Assembly (NCBI GenBank): GCA_964600735.1
Contig: CAZRLL010000003.1
Span: 20,544-84,543, forward strand
Direction of reading: 5' to 3'
Length of the DNA stretch: 64,000 bases
Source: an uncultured archaeon
GTDB taxonomy: Archaea > Asgardarchaeota > Heimdallarchaeia > Heimdallarchaeales > Kariarchaeaceae
The position numbers were made by a program, and so were the translations under genes. How positions within the stretch are numbered: the first letter of the stretch is position 1; each line of letters begins with the position of its first letter. This document shows, piece after piece, positions 37,260 to 46,357 of this stretch. The notes under the pieces are model-generated. The model had not been told where the DNA came from and did not search any database. It was given only the letters and a program-made list of their open reading frames with translations.

Positions 37260-38057
37260 ATGTCTAATATTGTGTTAAAACCAGAAATTAAACATGGATG
37301 TGATTTTTCGAAATTTATATACTACTTATCAGGTAAAGATAAAAATGGATTTGGTTGGCAATTAAATCGATCCCATAAACGGAATCAAAACTTTCCAATA
37401 CGTGGAATTGCAATTACAGGGAAGTTAACTAACTCATCAATCGGTATCGCAATTAGTAAAAATTTAAATTTGATTTTGACCGTTGACCCGATTGCATTCA
37501 AAAAAATTGAGTATGCAAATAACGAAATGATAGAAATTTTATATAAAAATGAAATATTCGTATTTTCACTAGGGTTTAATTGGATATTTGATTCAATATT
37601 AGGTAGAAAAATACTCTCTAAAGTACTTGGAGCCTCTAAATCACAAATCTGGCTCTCAAACATCCCGATCCCGCACTCCTTTATTGGACTACCTCAATTT
37701 ATGAATTTATCTTCCGTAGTAACAAGATTGGAAGGACATATAGTATGGTTACCACCTAAAGTAGCTCAAAATCCAAAAGAAGCAAAAGTAGAGAGCATCC
37801 TAATTTTTAATGATAATATAAAATTAAAATATTTACTAGAAAACACCACTTCTATGATTATTACTTCTACTTTAAATTCAAGTTTGGTAAATTTCTGTTG
37901 GAAAAATGAAGTAATACTATCATGGGTTCATAGAGATCAATTACTGAATGAAATTTGCAGAGATTTTGCATTTTATATTGGAAATCATATCACTCCTGTG
38001 AAAACCTGTTTTTCACCAATTCATGTTAAAAATCATTTGAATATTATTAAAAAGTAA
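37260..38057 (+). CDS. Hypothetical protein
   Basis: 265-aa ORF, ATG start, no competing ORF except a short antisense one; no recognisable motif. Confidence 0.45.
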   Translation: MSNIVLKPEIKHGCDFSKFIYYLSGKDKNGFGWQLNRSHKRNQNFPIRGIAITGKLTNSSIGIAISKNLNLILTVDPIAFKKIEYANNEMIEILYKNEIFVFSLGFNWIFDSILGRKILSKVLGASKSQIWLSNIPIPHSFIGLPQFMNLSSVVTRLEGHIVWLPPKVAQNPKEAKVESILIFNDNIKLKYLLENTTSMIITSTLNSSLVNFCWKNEVILSWVHRDQLLNEICRDFAFYIGNHITPVKTCFSPIHVKNHLNIIKK

Positions 38058-38083
38058 TTTTGCTAATTACATTTGGAAAAAAA

Positions 38084-38171
38084 TGGACTGGACGGGATTT
38101 GAACCCGCGGCCGCTTCGGTTCTTGTAAAAAAATGCAAGCGAAGCGCTCTACCAGTCTGAGCTACCAGCCC
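38084..38171 (-). tRNA. tRNA-Ala(TGC) with 14-nt canonical intron
   Basis: GGGCTGG-TA-GCTC..GAGC-G-CTTCG-CTTGCA[tttttttacaagaa]C-CGAAG-CGGCC-GCGGG-TTCAAAT-CCCGT-CCAGTCC-A; G3:U70 alanine identity pair; intron 38121-38134; CTTG/CAAG central helix. Confidence 0.9.
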
Positions 38172-38407
38172 TTATAGTTTGATCAGGAATCGCTTCATTC
38201 CAAAAATAATTCTATTACTTAAAGATCAATCGATTGTAACCATTTGTCCAATATGTAACTTACTATTTTTTGGATCATAATATTATCAAAAATTGAAATA
38301 ATCCTATTATCACAAATAAATGAAATTTCAAAGTTTATTCAGCTACGCAACATTTTCATATTATTTTTCTCGGATCGATTTTGAACTCAAAATAAATGTG
38401 ATTTATT

Positions 38408-38722
38408 GTGTCAATTTCCGATAAAGATGTGATTTTACAAAATTTAATGAATACAATTCTTTATGTTGCTATGGATGATGGGATTATTACTCCCGATGAG
38501 CTTGCGATATTAAAGCAAGTAAAATTGGATATTAACATGCTTCGTAAAACACTAAAGGATGCAGAAAAAGATGAAGAAACCACCTCAGAAGAACAAGAAC
38601 AGTTAGTTTGGTTTAGAAAAAACTTACTTCAAAATATTTATAATATTTCAAAAGCTGATCATGTAATTACTCAAGATGAAAGGAATCTAATTAACACATT
38701 AATCAAAGCTTTAATGAGCTAG
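38408..38722 (+). CDS. TerB-like small acidic protein (paralog of 10547-10867)
   Basis: 104 aa, GTG start; DDGIITPDELAILKQV and HVITQDERNLINTLIKAL repeats. Confidence 0.4.
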   Translation: MSISDKDVILQNLMNTILYVAMDDGIITPDELAILKQVKLDINMLRKTLKDAEKDEETTSEEQEQLVWFRKNLLQNIYNISKADHVITQDERNLINTLIKALMS

Positions 38723-38782
38723 AAAAACTATGTAAGATCTTTTTAATTTCAAAAAATCGATGTAATGTCGCGAAAAATTCTA

Positions 38783-39109
38783 TTATTGGTATAGATTATT
38801 AAAACGTAATGAATCCCTATCTCCATTCGAATTTATCCATGAGTTGAGAAATTGTTTGATTTTATATCCAGCTATTTCACTTGTATTTATTTGGTATATT
38901 CTTATTCTCCCGAATATCTTTTCATCAATAATTTCATAATTCCGCAATTCTTCAAGATGTAATTTTACTCTTGTATGATTTAAACCTGTTTTACGTGAAA
39001 TTGCAGTTATATTTTGTTCCTTCACATGAGATAGCAGAATTAGTATTTTCAATTTACCTCGACTTCCAAAAATCCTTTCTATTGGTGGAAGTTCCTGGTC
39101 ATTTATCAA
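38783..39109 (-). CDS. Winged-helix (ArsR/PadR-like) DNA-binding protein, overlapping the orc1/cdc6 stop
   Basis: 108 aa; KLKILILLSHVKEQNITAISRKTGLNHTRVKLHLEELRNYEIIDE; TTG start overlaps the cdc6 TGA (TTGA). Confidence 0.55.
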   Translation of the reverse strand: MINDQELPPIERIFGSRGKLKILILLSHVKEQNITAISRKTGLNHTRVKLHLEELRNYEIIDEKIFGRIRIYQINTSEIAGYKIKQFLNSWINSNGDRDSLRFNNLYQ

Positions 39110-40332
39110 TGGATTGTCACTGATTCTTTCAATAATTTCTGAAGTCGTTTTATAACCTCCTTTTCGAGTTCTAAAGCGCTTGCATCCTGAATGGAGATGA
39201 GTTGAGTGTTTCCTCTTTGCCCGATACCTGATTTTTCAGTTACTAGTATCCCTGTTTTCTCGAATTCTTTGAGATATTCCCAAATTTGTGTATGTTTTCT
39301 TGGACTTGTGCGGTACTCTTCGCATACCATCAGATAGGCTTCTTCTGCATTACCAGTGGTAACATGAGCTGCATGGTTGTATCGGAGTTGGCGAGCAATT
39401 GCTAGCAATAACATTAGTTTGTGCTTATTCAGTTCATCTATTGATTGTTTGAGCAATGTAGGCTCAACATTGGCTTTAGCCTGACGAACATGCTCTGGAT
39501 ATATAATTGAACTTCCTTCTTTGTCTGCAAATTTACCAGCATACCACATCAATTCCAAAGCATGTCGGGCATCACCTCTAATTGCTGCTATTTCTGCTGC
39601 TAGTTGTGTACATTCCCACGTTACGGAACCCATAATAAAGCTCTGTTTTATCCGATTTTCAAGAATTTTTTCTAATTGGGATTTAGTATACGGCTCAAGT
39701 TTCATAGTTGCAGCAGATAAGCTACTTCGAGTGCTTGAATCCAAATTTGAGAGAAAATTCATATTTCGTGAAATTAAAATTAATGCCACACGGTGACCGG
39801 GATTTTGTCGATCATCTGCAGTTCTAGTTAAAGCATAAAGTAAATCGTTACCCCCTCGGTCTATGGCAAAATCAATTTCATCAAGCACTAAAATCATAGT
39901 AGAACCCCTGGCTTCTAATAGCTCAACAATCATTTCCATTAGTTCATCTGCAGAATATCCACGAGTTGGCACATGGGAGTTTAATTCCCGGGTTATTGAT
40001 AGAAGTATCATGAATGGAGTGCGATTTCGCCGACAATTGATGTGAATATATTTAATATTGATTTTTTCTTTATTTCCTTTTTCTTGTGCCCAATATCCGA
40101 ATTTTTTACTAATTGAGGTTTTGCCTGTTCCAACAGATCCGGTAATAATCATTCTTCTTGTTGAGCGTATTGCTGAAAAAAGCCCTCGAAAATGCCGAAC
40201 AATTGCTTTAAGTTGTTCTTCACGAAAAAGTAGAGCGTCTGGTACGTATTCTGCCGACAATTTGCTTTCATCAGTAAAAACCGATGGTTTGGCAAATTCT
40301 TTGTCTAAAAAATCTAAATCATTCATGTTCAT
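39106..40332 (-). CDS. cdc6: Orc1/Cdc6 replication initiator
   Basis: 408 aa; Walker A ITGSVGTGKTS, Walker B LVLDEIDF, sensor region and C-terminal winged helix. Confidence 0.92.
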   Translation of the reverse strand: MNMNDLDFLDKEFAKPSVFTDESKLSAEYVPDALLFREEQLKAIVRHFRGLFSAIRSTRRMIITGSVGTGKTSISKKFGYWAQEKGNKEKINIKYIHINCRRNRTPFMILLSITRELNSHVPTRGYSADELMEMIVELLEARGSTMILVLDEIDFAIDRGGNDLLYALTRTADDRQNPGHRVALILISRNMNFLSNLDSSTRSSLSAATMKLEPYTKSQLEKILENRIKQSFIMGSVTWECTQLAAEIAAIRGDARHALELMWYAGKFADKEGSSIIYPEHVRQAKANVEPTLLKQSIDELNKHKLMLLLAIARQLRYNHAAHVTTGNAEEAYLMVCEEYRTSPRKHTQIWEYLKEFEKTGILVTEKSGIGQRGNTQLISIQDASALELEKEVIKRLQKLLKESVTIH

Positions 40333-40409
40333 ATATATAAAGCCATTTTCAGTATATGTACACCGACACAGACCAAACTAAAAGTGATACTAATTAAGTG
40401 AATATAAGC

Positions 40410-40522
40410 TTGAAATGGGAGTGTAGGGGGCTAGAAGCGATACTATAAAAAAATATCATCTAATGTATTCCACTCTGAATTTTCGATATAGAATGATTCC
40501 GGTCATTAAGTTAAAATGGGAG
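40410..40522. repeat. Direct 12-mer repeat TTRAAATGGGAG (two copies, 101 bp apart) in the 438-bp non-coding region upstream of orc1/cdc6
   Basis: ttgaaatgggag at 40410-40421 (followed by tgtaGGGGG) and ttaaaatgggag at 40511-40522; TTCCACTCTGAA at about 40468-40479 lies between them. Confidence 0.5.
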
Positions 40523-40770
40523 AATATTTCTGATTATTTAACTGGCGATGATGAATCTAGCCAAACTGACGTCATGATGAATATCTTGAGTTCAGAGCCA
40601 GTTTGTTTAATCAATGATGTTAAACCGGAAATATTGAGGATTGCGTAGAAGTATACGTGCATTTATCTGCAGAGAACAATAGGTGGATGTACTATTTAAT
40701 GCTTGGACATAAATTAATTATTCAACAATTTTACTTAATATGTTTATATTGCTAATCAAGAATAACTTAT

Positions 40771-41439
40771 ATGATTAATAGCGTTTTATTACCGATTTTT
40801 GCAGTCGAGTCAATTTTGTGCTTGCTTTCTCTTATTTTTCTGATAATTGAATTGAAGTCCATGTCAGCTGTGATATTTAATAGAAAAACTTTACTGCTTA
40901 TCGGCTTTTTAATTTCGTTAACTTCAGCTTATCTAACAAGATCAATAGGCATTTTTTTTTCACATAATGGCATCCGATTGTTTGGACCGACTTTATCCGC
41001 TGTTTTTGGTGGCATGTTCATTATCGCCTGGGCTACATCGATTGTAGGCATAAAAAGAGAATATCAACAGTTTCTAGTTACTTCATTTGTAATAGGATTG
41101 TTCATTTTTCTTACTGGGAGGTGGCTAAATAATTTTATTTTAGAATTTTTAGGACTTATATTTTCTATGACTATTATCATCGGAGTAATCCTACGTATGT
41201 TTTTCTTTGCATTTCAGAAGTCTCCATACATCAAAGCTAGGCAAAGAGTGTTTGGGATGATGATTGGTTTCATCGGTTTTTCAATATTTGAAGTATTTGC
41301 GGTTATAGCCATGAGTAAGGAACAATTCTATTTATCCGCAATATTATTTTTATTTGAATTACCATTTCGTTTAATTTTAACGATGAGTATATTATTACCC
41401 AAAAGAGTCATTGAAATCATGTCGAGATGGATTAATTAG
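40771..41439 (+). CDS. Polytopic membrane protein, unknown function
   Basis: 222 aa; about 6-7 hydrophobic segments. Confidence 0.55.
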   Translation: MINSVLLPIFAVESILCLLSLIFLIIELKSMSAVIFNRKTLLLIGFLISLTSAYLTRSIGIFFSHNGIRLFGPTLSAVFGGMFIIAWATSIVGIKREYQQFLVTSFVIGLFIFLTGRWLNNFILEFLGLIFSMTIIIGVILRMFFFAFQKSPYIKARQRVFGMMIGFIGFSIFEVFAVIAMSKEQFYLSAILFLFELPFRLILTMSILLPKRVIEIMSRWIN

Positions 41440-41904
41440 CTCTTATGATCGAAAAAAGTGAAATATCAATAGTACATTATTTTCGACCATAAGTAGTATA
41501 AGTGATAAAACTTTAAGTTTCAATGAAAATTGTAAAAATTTCAATTTGTAATAAGAAAGAGCTAATTTTGCAAAAAATATTATCTATCAAGACATTCTAT
41601 GTTTGTAATAAAACCTATTGAAGGAATATAAAATATTATTATTTAGGGGTGAGTGTTAAAATTTTACAAAAGACCGTTCATTCAAAGCTTTATAATCATG
41701 TACTAATTTGTAATTTAACACAATCAACGACTGAATTTATATTTGATATTTTATTTTGAATTTGTATAACTTTATCTAAATAATCATAATATTGGTTTAA
41801 CTGTCACAAACCCTTTGATATATTGTATCTGAATATATGGATATTATTTATGACCATTTCAATAAACTCATGAATAAATTTAATAATTTTTTCTTGTGTG
41901 TCCG

Positions 41905-42228
41905 ATGAATAATTCTTTGGAAAAAGGTGCAGAAATATTATTAAAAGGTGGAACAATGCTTCAGATAGCATGTCCAGTTTGTAAAGATCCGGTCTATAAG
42001 TTAAAAGAAGGATCCATGTTTTGTGTAACCTGTGACCGAGTGGTTATTTATGAAAACCATATTGATTCAAATAAAAATAGGGTTCAAGATAAGAGAATTA
42101 GTGTGAGTGGAATTAATCCAATACAAAAAAAAATAGAGCAACTCTCAATTCAATTAGAAAATGAAACAGATCATTCAAAAATAATTCAATTAGCCCAGAC
42201 AATTCGTAAACTCCAACAACTAAAGTAA
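41905..42228 (+). CDS. Zinc-ribbon protein of the UPF0148 / SSSCA1 (p27) type
   Basis: ATG at 41905 (the ORF-track GTG at 41896 is also possible); AEILLKGGTMLQIACPVCKDPVYKLKEGSMFCVTCD matches the family pattern from memory. Confidence 0.6.
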   Translation: MNNSLEKGAEILLKGGTMLQIACPVCKDPVYKLKEGSMFCVTCDRVVIYENHIDSNKNRVQDKRISVSGINPIQKKIEQLSIQLENETDHSKIIQLAQTIRKLQQLK

Positions 42229-42243
42229 TTGAGAAAGACCAGC

Positions 42244-44649
42244 CTATTCTCCTGCTGCCTCATCAAAAGGAGTCGATAATAATACATCAATTCTGTTTGC
42301 TTTTGTGAGTCCGATCCCATGAACCTTTCTTAATACATCAGAATGTGAATTTAATATTTCCCTTGGAGATTTTAATTCCATAAGCAATCTTTCGGCCAAT
42401 ATTCTATCAATATTGGGTAATGAAGAAATTAAAAATAATTGTTCTTCAGCAAGACTTCCAGTCGATGATTTGTGTATTCTTGGTTTATTAGATTTATTCT
42501 TTTGTTCTCTTCGAGCAATTGTCTGTATCATCAAAGCAGTTTCTGCGTAATTATCAGTCCGAATGATAGGCAGATCAAAATCTATTGATATGGCTGCAAT
42601 AGCTCCTCGAATTGAAGCTGGACTTAACCTGCAATTATATGTATCTTCTCCTTCGAGTAGTAGTAGTGGTTTTGAATACTCGGTTTTAAGTTGTGATAGT
42701 TGTTCGAATAATTCATTTCTAATTAACGTATTACAAAAATCTGAAATTGTCTTCCTTTCAACGCATACTCTATTAGATAGGATAAAATCTCCAATGGGTA
42801 AGTTTTCGATTCTTAAGTCAATTTCTAGATTAAGCAACTCTCTGAGTAATCCAGAACCTTTTTCCCTATGATCGATATAGATTATGGGTTTGGTCGGTGA
42901 ATCATGAAAAAGAATATTTTCATTATTATTTGTTATATCATTTTCAACTACAGTAATAGATTCTTCCTTCTTTGATTCTTCAAAGATTTTATCTTCTTCA
43001 TCTAAAAATAGATCAAGACCCTTTTTGATTTTTTTACTAACGTCACTAGCATTCCTGCTTAAACTCTCTTTCTTTAATCTGTTTTTTTCCTCTAATTCAT
43101 TTTTTAACTCTTCAACAATAACTTTTACTTTTTGCTTTTGTTTTTGAGAACTATAAAAGTAACCTTCATCTCTAGTTCCTTTTGTTATAAAAATAATTAC
43201 TTTACCTTTCCTCGCTCGACCAGTCCTTCCACTCCTTTGGATTAATCTAGTTGCGGAAGGAGTAACATCATAGAAAATAACTAAATCACATTGAGCTATA
43301 TCCAACCCTTCTTCCCCAACACTTGTACTAACTAACAAATTTATTTTTCCTGAGCGAAATTGATCCAATACGTGTTTTTGTTCGCTTTGTTTCAAACCTC
43401 TGCCATACCGTGCACTGGATTGACCAACAAATCGATGGGCAGTCACATTTTTAATTTTGTTTAATTCTTTAACCAGAAAGTTAATAGTAGCCTTATAATT
43501 GGAAAAAACAAGTATTTTGCCATCATTCTGTTGTGAAATTTCTTCTTCGATAATTTGAATTAATTTTTTTAATTTTGGGTGTATAAATCCTTTATTGAGG
43601 AGTTCCTTTGTGTCATTTATTATGACCTTAATTTGATCATTTGTGAGAAATCTCTTTAACGCACCCCTATTTGTTCTCCTTAACTCATCAGATTTCGATT
43701 CGAAATATGCATTTAAAATGGTTAATCCTTGAGTTTCAAGCATTTCACTAGCTTGTGTAACAAGCATTAATTGACCATAAGCTTTCATTCCTTTAAAAAA
43801 ATCGTTGTCATCGATTTTATCTCGATTTTGATTCAAAATTTTTGGTATTTGAATAAGTTCTCGCTTTGGATTCTTAATTATTCGGCTTGATTTTATGATT
43901 TTTAAATTTTTGAGAATTTTTAGATTTACTTTCGTGTATGTATTGAGTTGTACAGAAACATTTTGAATTTCATTGGGGAGGTCTATGTGAATCCATTCTT
44001 CAATTATGTTATGGACATAGGGTTTTACTTGAGGATTATCTGCATCCATATATTGGATATTTGAAATTCCAGCATTGGAAACGATTTCCCTCAATTTTTC
44101 TTTTTTGCCTGGAGATGCAGTAAATCCAATTACTCGTCCCTCTGGATGCAATTTCTTATATTGTTCAACAGGTAACACATATGGATCATCCCCAACGGCC
44201 CTATGGATTTCATCAATGCAAAATAAACAAACCTTGGTAAGATCAACAATTCCTGATACTACATCATTTCTTAATGTCTGAGGTGTAACAATTGCAACTC
44301 TAGCATGTTCCCATAATTCACTTCTTTTATCAGGAGGAGTACTGCCTGATATAATTATGATTTCATCGATTTTTAAATTTAACATATCTTTTAAGGTTGA
44401 CGCATGTTGTTGAACTAACGGTCTTGTGGGTGCGGTGACAATTATTTGCTGGTCAGTATTTTTATATAGAAAATTAGCACAGACCATAACCATAATGACT
44501 GTTTTTCCTAATCCTGTAGGTAAGATAATGAGGGTGTTGGATTTAGTGGCTTCAACAAATAAAATTTGTTGATATATTCTTGATTGTATCCGATTTGGTT
44601 TTATTAATGGATGAGAGATAAAATTTGTCATTACAACTACCCCAAGCAT
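42244..44649 (-). CDS. hef: Hef (helicase-associated endonuclease for fork-structured DNA): SF2 helicase plus ERCC4/XPF nuclease plus HhH2
   Basis: 801 aa; motif I LPTGLGKT, II CIDEIH, VI QRSGRTGR; nuclease IYIDHREKGSG ... GDFILS..VCVERKTISDF; C-terminal HhH (HGIGLTKA). Confidence 0.9.
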   Translation of the reverse strand: MLGVVVMTNFISHPLIKPNRIQSRIYQQILFVEATKSNTLIILPTGLGKTVIMVMVCANFLYKNTDQQIIVTAPTRPLVQQHASTLKDMLNLKIDEIIIISGSTPPDKRSELWEHARVAIVTPQTLRNDVVSGIVDLTKVCLFCIDEIHRAVGDDPYVLPVEQYKKLHPEGRVIGFTASPGKKEKLREIVSNAGISNIQYMDADNPQVKPYVHNIIEEWIHIDLPNEIQNVSVQLNTYTKVNLKILKNLKIIKSSRIIKNPKRELIQIPKILNQNRDKIDDNDFFKGMKAYGQLMLVTQASEMLETQGLTILNAYFESKSDELRRTNRGALKRFLTNDQIKVIINDTKELLNKGFIHPKLKKLIQIIEEEISQQNDGKILVFSNYKATINFLVKELNKIKNVTAHRFVGQSSARYGRGLKQSEQKHVLDQFRSGKINLLVSTSVGEEGLDIAQCDLVIFYDVTPSATRLIQRSGRTGRARKGKVIIFITKGTRDEGYFYSSQKQKQKVKVIVEELKNELEEKNRLKKESLSRNASDVSKKIKKGLDLFLDEEDKIFEESKKEESITVVENDITNNNENILFHDSPTKPIIYIDHREKGSGLLRELLNLEIDLRIENLPIGDFILSNRVCVERKTISDFCNTLIRNELFEQLSQLKTEYSKPLLLLEGEDTYNCRLSPASIRGAIAAISIDFDLPIIRTDNYAETALMIQTIARREQKNKSNKPRIHKSSTGSLAEEQLFLISSLPNIDRILAERLLMELKSPREILNSHSDVLRKVHGIGLTKANRIDVLLSTPFDEAAGE

Positions 44650-44846
44650 AACTAAATGAAGAGCTTATAACTTATTCCCATGGATGATTTATAAAATATT
44701 TCTGGGAGATAATTAAATCTAGAAGTTATATTAATCATCGCTTCTTAGGATTTATATTTAATTATTGATTATTAGAGGAATAAACTATTAGAATAATAAT
44801 AGAAACTATAACAGTTACTTAAATATTTTATAATAAATTATTATGT

Positions 44847-45098
44847 ATGATTTTCCCGTTCAATACACTTTTACAATTTCTAACTCTTTATTTTCTTCTT
44901 GATAATATTGATTTCGTTTTTTTCCTTATACCAAAGTGTTTGCAGTTGATTGGAATAATTGGGTGGATATGGGAAGGATATATGCTTTATCGGGACCGAC
45001 TATGGAAGAAACGTGCAAATAATATCTTTAGAGCGACTTTAACTTGGTCGGTGGGTATTTTGTTAGAATATTTTTTTAATAATATATATCTGTTTTGA
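44847..45098 (+). CDS. Small membrane protein
   Basis: 83 aa; three hydrophobic stretches. Confidence 0.3.
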   Translation: MIFPFNTLLQFLTLYFLLDNIDFVFFLIPKCLQLIGIIGWIWEGYMLYRDRLWKKRANNIFRATLTWSVGILLEYFFNNIYLF

Positions 45099-45147
45099 AG
45101 TTCTATATCTCTACATCTATTAATGAGTAATAGTTATTTCATAATAG

Positions 45148-46269
45148 ATGGGAAATTCTGGAAATCCTTTTGAGAATATAAGAAGGGTTGAGAATTCACA
45201 AGAATTGTTAGATATTGCTTTCAGTAAGTCCATGAAAATAAAAGCACCTGGAGGAAGAATGGATGGATTATCAAAATCAAGATCGCATGAAATGAATCGG
45301 ATAAATACTGCAGCAAATGTGTTAGTGGATCGACTAGAGAGAATAGTAAAGAATTTTCCATCACTAAATTTAATCCATCCTTTTTACTACGAGCTAGCAG
45401 ATATTTTAACTGATTTAGATTCTACAAAAATATCATTAGGAAGAATCTTTGGTATCATTAAATATATTAGGGATATTGAAGGTGAAATTTTAGAAAATCT
45501 AAGCAAAACTGAAATAAAAATTGAAAATAAGCAATTTAGAAAAGCCGCATTTGGAAGATATGCTAGTATTATTAAAAGAATTGATAATCATTTAAAACAA
45601 TTGGAAACTACCAGACAATCATTGATTATACTTCCTGGATTTAATCCAGAGTTACCATCAGTTGTAATTGCAGGGATCCCAAATTCTGGAAAATCGTCTT
45701 TTATTCGATTAACTACATCTGGCAATCCAGAAATTGCTCATTATCCATTTACTACTAGAAGACTAATATTTGGTCATCGAAATTTTGAATTTCTATCGGT
45801 CCAATTTATTGATACACCTGGTCTTTTAGATCGACCAATTGACAAACGTAATACTATCGAATTGCAAGCGATAGCTGCATTAAAACACCTATCAGACATA
45901 ATGATATTCCTTATTGACCCATCACCATATGCAAACTGCACTCTTGAGGAGCAAGTTAACCTTTTAATTGAAATTAAGGAGTTTTATTCATTCTTAGAAC
46001 TTATAATTGTTATCTCAAAAGCAGATTTACTAGATGATATTAAACTCACACAAATCAAGAATTATTTAATCCTACAAAACGTGATTTCACCATCAGAGAG
46101 TCTTATTCGAATGCATACAATAAATCAAAATGGTGCTGACTCTATTCTTGATCGCATAGATCAAATATTAAAGACAAAAATAATCTTGGATTCAAAATTT
46201 GATACGATAAAATCCCTAGAAATTGCACAAGACCAATTACCAGCTGAAGATGACCCCATCTGGCAGTAA
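45148..46269 (+). CDS. NOG1-like GTPase (ribosome biogenesis)
   Basis: 373 aa; NOG1-type N-terminal helical domain, G1 GIPNSGKSSF, YPFTT, DTPGLLD, SKADL. Confidence 0.85.
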   Translation: MGNSGNPFENIRRVENSQELLDIAFSKSMKIKAPGGRMDGLSKSRSHEMNRINTAANVLVDRLERIVKNFPSLNLIHPFYYELADILTDLDSTKISLGRIFGIIKYIRDIEGEILENLSKTEIKIENKQFRKAAFGRYASIIKRIDNHLKQLETTRQSLIILPGFNPELPSVVIAGIPNSGKSSFIRLTTSGNPEIAHYPFTTRRLIFGHRNFEFLSVQFIDTPGLLDRPIDKRNTIELQAIAALKHLSDIMIFLIDPSPYANCTLEEQVNLLIEIKEFYSFLELIIVISKADLLDDIKLTQIKNYLILQNVISPSESLIRMHTINQNGADSILDRIDQILKTKIILDSKFDTIKSLEIAQDQLPAEDDPIWQ

Positions 46270-46357
46270 GATTAATGGTAATCTCAGGAGCAAATATTCC
46301 CTAGATATTCTCAGAATATTACGACGTTATATAATCATTTTATTCAAGATTATAACA

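Noticed and set aside
40463-40648. 61-aa plus-strand ORF in the gap upstream of orc1/cdc6
   Set aside because: It is short, has no motif, and lies in the putative origin/promoter region. I treated it as non-coding.
46223-46357. Upstream extension of the ftsZ ORF (track start 46223)
   Set aside because: It overlaps the 3' end of the NOG1 gene by 47 nt and encodes an implausible hydrophobic or basic leader. The ATG at 46358 is the more likely start.
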